A stretch of 64,000 bases of DNA from an uncultured Verrucomicrobiota bacterium (lineage in GTDB: Bacteria; Auribacterota; JABMQX01), in NCBI GenBank assembly GCA_964516325.1, contig CAZFAP010000003.1:10499-74498 (forward strand), read 5' to 3'. Both the position numbers and the translations under genes were made by a program. Position 1 is the stretch's first letter. Every line of letters begins with the position of its first letter. Positions 28,301-35,302 of this stretch are shown here, in pieces. Under the pieces are notes generated by a model. The model had not been told where the DNA came from. It searched no databases and was given only the letters and a program-made list of their open reading frames with translations.

Positions 28301-28659
28301 CAGAAGAGAGCCATTTTGCTCGGTTTGTCGAGGTCAACGCCAAAAAAGGCTTTCAGCGCGGGTTTGGCGAGACCGATACCTCTCCACAGATATTCCACAA
28401 TGCGCGAATAGAAAAACGGGTACCCGTCGTAATAGTAATTGCCGAGGCGAAAGAAGTAGTTGCCGTGGCGGAACATCTCTACCGCCCAGATTTGTTTGGG
28501 TGCGTCGGGATGATAGACTTCTCCTTCGGTCAAGCCATGCCCGATGCCGCAAAGCCTCAGCCCCAACCCAAGAAGGACAATCGCCGCCAGCAGGATCGAG
28601 AGAAGGATCGGCGTCGTCTTTGGTTTTTGCTGCTCTTTGACTTTTGCCTTTTTTCCCAT
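25357..28659 (-). CDS. GT-C (ArnT/PMT, GT39-like) membrane glycosyltransferase with large extracytoplasmic C-terminal region
   Basis: YHPDAP acidic loop after TM1, ARLVNVAFS, LLAINPMDI, FSAKYHG; about 12 TM segments; C-terminal TPR-like and beta-sandwich domains. Confidence 0.75.
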   Translation of the reverse strand: MGKKAKVKEQQKPKTTPILLSILLAAIVLLGLGLRLCGIGHGLTEGEVYHPDAPKQIWAVEMFRHGNYFFRLGNYYYDGYPFFYSRIVEYLWRGIGLAKPALKAFFGVDLDKPSKMALFWTARLVNVAFSTSLLLIIYAVGKKCLDRTTALLAAVLLAINPMDITTAHEATNDTTMSFFANLSLIFALRMFSAGRPRDYILAGVAVAFTFSAKYHGGIVGLTCLVAHLCRYWPPRRLLEKKALARLGLLGGSFVVGFCLATPSMFIAPGKILHDVWRKCRYSSRAGLTREQLAAGFFNQVCFSIGKNFPVLLRSLGLVLLIMAFAGLVRCLTRRKSTAIVASFPTLYLLLIFVSKPLFHRVYLSAAMPGLSLAASALIVEIARWRKIRELRMIAAVLIVAAGAFHLLKATVTEDFFYSRRDTRKASKEWARENLPSFYRVRSSPYTFELEGYGEDEARPSRQIFLQSSIKPQKVPRGFFLLKEFSLEDDALPIFRNPTVRIFANDSDFLRKGFSLPVYQRIPSLDGNEFIFANGADFYRDEKVVEFGKDKGVSHILVAPKPAEEVLVIVRNGSPPGDVRVSLGGVKWEPYLEPHQVRWKRLSGLRKMFPSGPSQYLYNLSASTNAAKVWMMLALTPEQKGTALYQIGEYGAAYPFLAEAAERSTSPVLAAMAFISAKLSQLEMREGTKALLDKAAVLSQEMNAKTFASALGILDDYFRELPYYSVEAERGRPLGFSAVEDTAASGDKAAAPETDQPAAGVWEIGTPPLFLEPGCYLARVNVKYRGSANDNATFKIGLVEPRTQKFLSEKTFPASSFSAAYSIVEFQFEKPVELPECQITIRCDRYVPLLVDQFEIRPDPISSISTLSRLLRLVREPPASDATIGPLDYSPLVQLGLRYAERGDGHNALQCCLLAHKLRPDLAKPIEQMERLTSGLSAEDKERLQNIVSKARADVQPSDFREVAVSFGKNIRLTGYAINRGPHQPGQKIRMTMYWKIERDYVVPPDMIVWVHFLDEKGSIAFQLDHVLLDDISIPEKPERLERLLKSEEQIPPTAIPGRYRINVGLWRPVRDERPAISETDLPHERDSVIIGEVTIGGPSG

Positions 28660-28965
28660 TTGTCAATCGAGCCGTCGTGGACGCTTGCCCGCCTTCTTCT
28701 TTCAAGAACTTCGCTCACAGACCGGTGGGCGGTCAATCAAGTGCACAACCGTTTTTTACCTTATCAAACGCGCGGAGAAAAGGGAAGAGCAACCCGCGAT
28801 GTAACGCAGTCCATCGGTTAGCGTCGGATTGCCCATGACCTTCGGCACCCAAGGGCAAGGCATTACGCGGCTCTGAGGAATCGCGTTGACCGGGGGAACT
28901 TAGTGCGTTAAGATTTGCGGGCGTTGAGGGGTCAAAGGTCGTTTTCTCCGCGAGGACTGCACCCA

Positions 28966-29172
28966 ATGCCGACTGCGAAGCGACACATTCCGAAATACTT
29001 TCAGATCAGCCGAGACATTATCGGCTTGATCCCGAGCCGGGATTTGGTCCCGGGGATGCAGGTTCCCTCCGAGAACGAGATCATCCGGCAATACAAAGTC
29101 AGCAACACGACCGCCCGAAAAGCCCTCCAGGAGATCGAACGTGCTGGGTGGGGACGAGTTGGCGTTTTTTGA
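28966..29172 (+). pseudogene. GntR-family regulator fragment (HTH only)
   Basis: IPKYFQISRDI...VPSENEIIRQYKVSNTTARKALQEI, then a stop; no effector domain. Confidence 0.65.
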
Positions 29173-29401
29173 CCTGGCGGCGCTGGTGCTGGCGTTTCGT
29201 GTGGAAGGCGTCACGTTCTGTGGATAAGAGTTGACCCTCGAAATGGAGAATTCCGGGTACCACGAGGTCCACGACGAGGACTATGAGCCTCCCAACGTGA
29301 TAGCTGCCCAGTTCGACCGAATCAGAAATGAAGCGGCACAGAAGATTGAGCTTTTCGGCGGCGCGCGAGGAGTACCGCGACCGGGAGGCGCGACTCCATG
29401 A
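29156..29401 (+). pseudogene. C-terminal fragment resembling class II aldolase
   Basis: Frame ELAFFDLAAL...G*ELTLEMENS...RIRNEAAQKIELFGGA with an internal TAA; the ending resembles the KxxLFG C-terminus of FBA II; ATGA overlap with the next gene. Confidence 0.35.
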
Positions 29402-30089
29402 CACCCATCATCATGCTCCAAGTGGGACAGGACATCCCCACGGCGAAAATTATCGGATGGCGCTGAGCAAACGGACGATCCCTCACTTTTAGCTCGTCCT
29501 TGACGTGGACATGTCCGAGGTGCTGAAATGGCGTCTTCAGTGTAATCGCGACAAGAGCAGACATATAACCATAACGGACATTATTATCAGAGCGTGCGCC
29601 CTGGCTCTTGCCAACTTTCCCCGGTTGAATGCTCATGTTGACGACGAGAGGGTAGTGCTCAAGAGGGACGTCAACATTGGAGTCGCCACCATCGTGGAGG
29701 ATGGGCTTTTGCTCCCGGTGATTCCCAATGCTGACAAGAAAAGCCTCCCGGAGATTTCCGATATTTCCAGAAGGAATTCCGAGGCGGCGAGACGAGGTTT
29801 TGTCAACGCCAAAAGTGTTGGCAGTTTCACGGTCAGCACGCTCGGGAGCTATTCGATCCGGGAATACCTGCCCATCATCAATCCACCGGAGTGCGCAATC
29901 CTTGCGGTCAGAGCGGTGGAGCAGCGGGTCGTGCCGCGCGGGGGAACAATCGCCGTGCGCGACCTGATAACGGTCGTCCTGTCCTGCGATCACCGTGCCA
30001 TTGACGGTGTGTATGCTGCCCGATTTTTGAATTGCATAAAGGCGTACCTGGAGAAGGGCTTTTCGAACGACACACAATTCACCATGTGA
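29398..30089 (+). pseudogene. 2-oxoacid dehydrogenase E2 (dihydrolipoamide acyltransferase) pseudogene
   Basis: GGAGG RBS + MTPIIMLQVGQDIPTAKIIGWR* (start of lipoyl domain) joined out of frame to SKRTIPHF*LVLDVDMSE (TAG where Tyr is expected). Catalytic SCDHRAIDG is retained. Confidence 0.75.
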
Positions 30090-30130
30090 GGAACCGAGAA
30101 CACGGGGCGCTCGGTCTCTACGGAGAACGT

Positions 30131-30865
30131 ATGATCGAAGCGCTAATTTTCGACTGCGACGGTGTGATAGCAAACACAGAGCGGGATGGACATCGCATTG
30201 CATTCAATCTCGCGTTCGCGGAGAGAGGCTACAAATTCAAGTGGGGCGTCGAGCACTACGGAGACTTGTTGAAGATTGCCGGCGGCAAGGAGCGCATGCG
30301 CTTCCACTTCGAGGAAAAGGGCTGGCCCCGGGGTGTCTATGACCGCGACGAGCTCATCAAGGAGCTCCATCTGCGGAAGACAGTCCTCTACATGGAAATG
30401 GTGGAACGCCGACAATTGCCCCTTCGCCCAGGGGTGAAACGATTGGTTGACGAAGCTATCGCGGATGGCGTGGCTTTAGCCGTCTGCTCGACGTCCAGCC
30501 AAAGAGCTGTGGAGCTCATCGTCGAGAAGCTTTTCGGGGAGGAGCGGCAGTCGAAATTCGCGCTCCTTCTTGCAGGAGACATCGTATCGAAGAAGAAACC
30601 GGATCCCGAAATCTATAATCTCGCGAGGGAGCGGCTGAGGGTGAGGGCCGACCGGTGTCTCGTGATTGAGGATAGTCGAAATGGCCTTCTCGCAGCGAAG
30701 GCGGCGGGATTGCATTGTGTAATCACTACGAGCCGCTACACGGTGGACGAGGACTTCAAGGAAGCGGATGCGGTATTCCCTGAGCTGGGTGATCCGCCGG
30801 GCCGTCATGTGACTCTCAAGGACTTGCAACGAATTGTGGCTGCCAAAGACGGGTACATTTTCTAA
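30131..30865 (+). CDS. HAD-IA phosphatase, CbbY-like
   Basis: LIFDCDGVIANTERDGHRIAFN, KIAGGKERM, KKKPDPEIY, VIEDSRNGLLAA. Confidence 0.85.
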   Translation: MIEALIFDCDGVIANTERDGHRIAFNLAFAERGYKFKWGVEHYGDLLKIAGGKERMRFHFEEKGWPRGVYDRDELIKELHLRKTVLYMEMVERRQLPLRPGVKRLVDEAIADGVALAVCSTSSQRAVELIVEKLFGEERQSKFALLLAGDIVSKKKPDPEIYNLARERLRVRADRCLVIEDSRNGLLAAKAAGLHCVITTSRYTVDEDFKEADAVFPELGDPPGRHVTLKDLQRIVAAKDGYIF

Positions 30866-30921
30866 TCGGCGAACCCGTGTCCTGACTCTTTTGCCTATTG
30901 ATTCACAGCAAGGAAAAGACA

Positions 30922-31195
30922 ATGAAAATGTTCCTGGATTCCGCGGACGTTGATGCGATACGGAGAGCGAACGATACAGCGCTGCTGGATGGAGTTACCA
31001 CCAACCCATCTATGGTTGCGCAAACGGTGAAGAAATTCTCCCAACTCATCAAGGAGATTTGCTCTACTGTAACTGGACCGGTGAACGTCGAAGCGATGGG
31101 TTCCACTGCACAGGATCTCATCGAGAATGCACAGCCGCTGGCACGACTCTCCCCCAATATTGTCGTCAAAATCCCAATGACGGTCGAGGGGCTAA
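30922..31195 (+). pseudogene. Transaldolase / fructose-6-phosphate aldolase, N-terminal fragment
   Basis: MFLDSAD, DGVTTNPS, VVKIPMTVEGL; homology stops abruptly after about 91 aa. Confidence 0.8.
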
Positions 31196-31307
31196 CCTGG
31201 ATTATTCATAAACCCCCGGAGCGCGCTGGTTGGAGAGCGGGTAGCAAATGCTTTTGGAGGTTCGCGCTGGGAATAGGGCTGAAAGAGGCTTTTGCGGCTG
31301 AATCCGG
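31196..31307. mobile_element. Possible miniature IS remnant (IS1380-like ends)
   Basis: Begins CCTGGATTATTCATAAAC exactly where transaldolase homology ends; ends GCTGAATCCGG (imperfect inverted repeat) where an unrelated coding fragment begins. Confidence 0.3.
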
Positions 31308-31523
31308 AGACACTGCCCCCTTGCCCCCAATTGGTTTTCAGGCGGGGGGCACGCCAAAACGAAGCGAGCCTACCGTGATACCAAAGATGCTCCAGCTATC
31401 TTGAGCAGAGTTCAGGATGTCGGGAGTCTTCTTTTCTTGGAAAACGGCCGTGAGAACTGTCCGGTGTTCAAGAGCGTTCTTGACTGGGTCGGGCAGAAAA
31501 CAGGGGTTCCGGCATACGAGTAG
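31308..31523 (+). pseudogene. Orphan C-terminal coding fragment (DUF4276-like, tentative)
   Basis: Frame RHCPLAPNWFSGGGHAKTKRAYRDTKDAPAILSRVQD...NCPVFKSVLDWVGQKTGVPAYE* with no start codon. Confidence 0.25.
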
Positions 31524-31561
31524 GTCCGATCCGAAGACACTGTATGCTGCCGACAACCGCG

Positions 31562-32593
31562 CTACTTATCATCCGATATGAGCCACTCCTTGTTGAATTC
31601 GGCGTGTTTGATGTGGGTGCGGCGGTAGGTGTAAACGACATGGATGAGGCCGTCGCGGGTTTGAATGACTGCGGGATAGGAATACTCGCCCCTCTCGGTT
31701 TCGAGGTTCTTGATGAGAGGCCAGGTCTGGCCCTCGTCGGTCGAAAGTGCTGCCGACAGGGGTGTTCGTCCTCTCGGGGTGTTGTTGAAGATGAGGACGA
31801 GCTCGCCGCCTTGGAGCTTGACCATATCGAGCCTCGAGCCGGAGTTGGGGAGGTCGTGCTTGGTTGCCGGCGACCAGGTGCGGGCGTTGTCCCGGCTGGT
31901 GGATTGCCACATTTTCCCAGCAACCCACGTGCGCATGTAGCAGAGCAGCGAGCCGTCCTTGAGCTGAACGACGGACGGCTGGATGTTCCCGGGACTCGAT
32001 TTGATGGGGCCCGTTTTCTGCCAGGTTTCTCCGCCATCGCTTGAGATCATGAAGACGCTTGACACGTTCTCTTCGTCGTAGAGTGGAAGCAGGGTCTCAC
32101 CGTTCTTCAGGACGAGAGGCTTCGTGCCGGTCATCCAGCCAAGCTCCTTTCGCAGAAAGACCGGCTCAGACCAGGTAGCTCCATTGTCCTTCGATTTCAT
32201 GTATTTGATATTGCACGTCGTCCAGCCGTTCCCCTCCATCGTGACGTAGAAAAGCCACAGCGTGCCTTTCGGGTCGCACCACAGGACGGGATTGCCCTCC
32301 GATTTGTTTGGTGTGTCAACAAGCACCTTCACGTCTGACCATTCGGCAGCCCCCTGCGGTCGGCGGGAGAAGAGGACGGCAACGTCGCGAGCCTTCTCCT
32401 GTCGCCCGGCGTACCAGGCAACGAGAAGACCGGCGTTCGGGAGCTCGACGATCGTGCCCGCGTGGCAGCTCGGGTAGCCCTCAACTTTCTGAAAAATCAG
32501 CTCCCCCTTCAAGTGCGGCTTGCCACTTTCAGCACGACCAACCGAGCAGCCCGAGAATCCAGCGACAAGAAAAAGGACAATCAGCTTACCCAT
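31562..32593 (-). CDS. Secreted BNR/Asp-box (sialidase-like) beta-propeller protein
   Basis: Signal peptide; Asp boxes SKDNGATW, SSDGGETW, SRDNARTW, STDEGQTW; YSYPAVIQ. No RIP motif seen, so substrate is uncertain. Confidence 0.8.
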   Translation of the reverse strand: MGKLIVLFLVAGFSGCSVGRAESGKPHLKGELIFQKVEGYPSCHAGTIVELPNAGLLVAWYAGRQEKARDVAVLFSRRPQGAAEWSDVKVLVDTPNKSEGNPVLWCDPKGTLWLFYVTMEGNGWTTCNIKYMKSKDNGATWSEPVFLRKELGWMTGTKPLVLKNGETLLPLYDEENVSSVFMISSDGGETWQKTGPIKSSPGNIQPSVVQLKDGSLLCYMRTWVAGKMWQSTSRDNARTWSPATKHDLPNSGSRLDMVKLQGGELVLIFNNTPRGRTPLSAALSTDEGQTWPLIKNLETERGEYSYPAVIQTRDGLIHVVYTYRRTHIKHAEFNKEWLISDDK

Positions 32594-32694
32594 TTTTGAC
32601 CCTCCATCGAGATGTTCACAGCGACGAAGTTCTCCTCCGCGAGATTTCAAATCTCGCGATGCGATGCAGACCTCTCCGCATCAAATGATGCATT

Positions 32695-34224
32695 CTATTT
32701 CGCTCCGGAAATTCCCGGCGCGACTCTCTTCCGCCGCGAGATCACCAGCGCAATAACTGCTCCGACGACGAGCAAGGATGCCGCGCCGAGAAGCCCCGTC
32801 AGGTGCTTATGGAACGGGCATTCGAGCCACTGCCAGCTCCCGGGCAAACCTCTCGCGAAAGTCGCCCAGGCGATGACAGCGACGCTGACGATGACGCCGA
32901 CGAGAGCACTTTCATGGCGTGCGCGCCTGACCAGCAAACCGAGCAAGAACAGGCCGAGCATTCCTCCGCCAAATATGGCAGAGATTTGCCACCAGACGTC
33001 GAGAGCAGACTTCGCCTCGATCATCGCCAGGGCGGCTCCGGTGCCCAGAACGCCGAATGCCAAACTGGCCATTCGCAGGGCGCGAAGGCACTGACGATCG
33101 CCCGCTCCCCGACGGAAATAGCGGCGATAGAAGTCGGCGACGGCGACGCTGGCGGAACTGTTCACGCTGGAATCAATCGTGCTCATGGCGGCGGCGAAGA
33201 TCGCGGCGACCAGAAGCCCACGAACGCCCACGGGTAGCTCCGTGACGATGAAGAAGGGGAAAACTCGGTCTGCGCCGCCTGAAGCGCGGAGGCTTGCGGG
33301 CAGGCTGGCAGTGTGGAGTCTGTAATAGGCGAAAAGGGCTGTGCCGATGAAGAGAAAAATGGCGGACACGGGGACATACGTCAGCCCGCCGAGCCAGAGG
33401 GCTTTCCTCGCCTCTCTGTCGGACTTCGCGGCCAGATACCGCTGAATATAGTTCTGATCCACGCCGAAGTTCTTGAGATTCTCGACGATGCCGTAGATGA
33501 AGATGACCCAGAATGTCGGGAGCGCGAGATTGAGAGACCAACCGGCAAGGCCAAATTTATTCTCCGCGCGACCGACGGAAAAGATTCGGCCCAGTCCTCC
33601 TGGCATCCTGAACACCAGAATCGCGGCGCAGGCGAGCGCGCCGCCGAGCAGAATGAAAACCTGAACCACATCCGTCCAAACGACTCCTTCGATTCCGCCC
33701 AGGACGGTATAGATTGTCGTCGCGATGCCGAGAACCACGATGATGAAGACGAGGTCAACGCCGATGAATTCGGAGAAAGCGACAGCCAGGTAATAGAGCA
33801 CTGTCCCGACGCGGCCGAGTTGAAGGAGGACGAAGCTCAGTGCTGCGTAGGACCTCGCCCAGGGGCGGAAACGCTCCTCGAGGTACTCGTAGGCGGATAT
33901 CCTCAGCTTTCGGCGATAAAGAGGGATGAAGGAGACAGACGCGACGACGCAGATGATGGGGATTGTCAGGCTGAAAACGAACCGGCTCCAGTCGGATTTG
34001 TACGCATCGCCCGCGTAAGCGAGGAAGGTGATGCTGCTCAGGTAGGTGCCCAGGACGGATAGACCGAGCGCCCAACCGGGCATGGAGCGGCTGCCGACGG
34101 CAAACCCCTCCACCGTCCGGCTCCTTTTGAGAAAATAGCACCCGTACGCGACTATCCCGACCACATAAGCCCCGACCACGAGCTGGTCAGGCAACAGAAG
34201 TCTGTGGGATGCTGGACTTGTCAT
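32695..34224 (-). CDS. Sodium:solute symporter (SSS family)
   Basis: GTYLSSITFLAYAG, YEYLEERF, GGIEGVVWTDVVQ, DQNYIQRYLAAK, AAAMSTIDS. Confidence 0.92.
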   Translation of the reverse strand: MTSPASHRLLLPDQLVVGAYVVGIVAYGCYFLKRSRTVEGFAVGSRSMPGWALGLSVLGTYLSSITFLAYAGDAYKSDWSRFVFSLTIPIICVVASVSFIPLYRRKLRISAYEYLEERFRPWARSYAALSFVLLQLGRVGTVLYYLAVAFSEFIGVDLVFIIVVLGIATTIYTVLGGIEGVVWTDVVQVFILLGGALACAAILVFRMPGGLGRIFSVGRAENKFGLAGWSLNLALPTFWVIFIYGIVENLKNFGVDQNYIQRYLAAKSDREARKALWLGGLTYVPVSAIFLFIGTALFAYYRLHTASLPASLRASGGADRVFPFFIVTELPVGVRGLLVAAIFAAAMSTIDSSVNSSASVAVADFYRRYFRRGAGDRQCLRALRMASLAFGVLGTGAALAMIEAKSALDVWWQISAIFGGGMLGLFLLGLLVRRARHESALVGVIVSVAVIAWATFARGLPGSWQWLECPFHKHLTGLLGAASLLVVGAVIALVISRRKRVAPGISGAK

Positions 34225-34231
34225 CAGACGC

Positions 34232-34654
34232 TCAGTCCCTGAGGAAATAGGCGGCCTTGGAGTCGAAAGCGACGGCGAACTCCGTTACCATATCCGCTCT
34301 ACCGAGGAGCCGTGAGGAAGTGCCGCGAGAGAAGCCAACGACAACTGGGAAACGGACGTCAATCCCGGGGACAAAAGCGAGGAGACAGTGAAAGTATGCT
34401 CCAACCTTGCCATCGCATGCGGTTCCAAGTTCGGCGAAGACCCCAGAGGTGACATCGCAGATGCCTAAACCGCCAGCGTCGCCTTCGGGCATCAACGTAT
34501 CATCGGCTCCAGTATCGGCGAGCATGATGAAGGGCTGCCAGGTTCCGTGGCCCGGTGACATAAACACGGGGACCATCGGCCTGCCTTGACCGTCAACGGG
34601 GAATCGCGCGCAAAACGTGTAGAAGTGTCCGTTTTGGAAGAAGGTCTGCCCCAT
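34232..34654 (-). CDS. Single-domain retropepsin-like (clan AA) aspartyl protease
   Basis: MLADTGADDTLMP catalytic DTG and C-terminal LLGRADM psi-loop motif; 140 aa, no signal peptide. Confidence 0.75.
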   Translation of the reverse strand: MGQTFFQNGHFYTFCARFPVDGQGRPMVPVFMSPGHGTWQPFIMLADTGADDTLMPEGDAGGLGICDVTSGVFAELGTACDGKVGAYFHCLLAFVPGIDVRFPVVVGFSRGTSSRLLGRADMVTEFAVAFDSKAAYFLRD

Positions 34655-34660
34655 CGAGGT

Positions 34661-35302
34661 TCACCTCTTGGCCGAGAAGTTTCTGATAACCTGTTCGCGA
34701 ATCATTCCTATCCGGCTCCGCGCATCCCTGGCGGGAATGGAAACTATCATGGGATTTTGCTTTGGGAACGCGTCCGCCAGGTTCTTGCGCAGTTCCTGCT
34801 CCGTAGGCGCCTCCGCGACCACCTCCTGGTCGAGCACTGCGATATACTTCCCCGCGTATTTCTCCAAAAGCATGGGCAGATTGTTGCTAACCCACAGGGC
34901 GTTGAGGTCCGGCTTCGGCCGAGCCCTTTCTTCGAGACCTTGGCGGATGGATCTCAGAAGTCTATCGTACGGATCTCCCTTGGTCTTGTCTATGTAATCG
35001 TATGCGCCAGCCCTCATGAGTTCCGCGCAGGTCTCGATAGAGGCATGGGCGGTTATCACTACGGTTGTGGTGGATTTGGCCGTGAACCATCTGACGATGT
35101 CGGCCCCGGCCCCCTCTCCTTCGGGGAGCCACAGGTCCACGACGATTACATCGAACCTTTTCTGCTTTTCGATCTCGGTCTTTGCCGCGTCGAGAGACTC
35201 AGCCACATATACCTCGTAGGTTCCCTCGCGTTCGAGCGCCTTCCGCATTCCCTCGCGTGCGGGCTCCTCGTCATCAACTATGAGAACCTTGAATTTCGCC
35301 AT
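34661..35302 (-). CDS. Response regulator: receiver domain + DUF5678-like C-terminal domain
   Basis: VLIVDDE, phospho-acceptor VVDLWLP, ITAH, YIDK; C-terminal WVSNNLPMLLEKYAGKYIAVLDQEVVAEAPTEQEL. Confidence 0.8.
   Translation of the reverse strand: MAKFKVLIVDDEEPAREGMRKALEREGTYEVYVAESLDAAKTEIEKQKRFDVIVVDLWLPEGEGAGADIVRWFTAKSTTTVVITAHASIETCAELMRAGAYDYIDKTKGDPYDRLLRSIRQGLEERARPKPDLNALWVSNNLPMLLEKYAGKYIAVLDQEVVAEAPTEQELRKNLADAFPKQNPMIVSIPARDARSRIGMIREQVIRNFSAKR

Noticed and set aside
29487-29492. In-frame TAG in E2 (IPHF*L) as stop-codon recoding or pyrrolysine
   Set aside because: TAG is used as a normal stop in this window (e.g. mtnP at 625-627), and the same gene also has a large deletion and frameshift; pseudogenisation is simpler.
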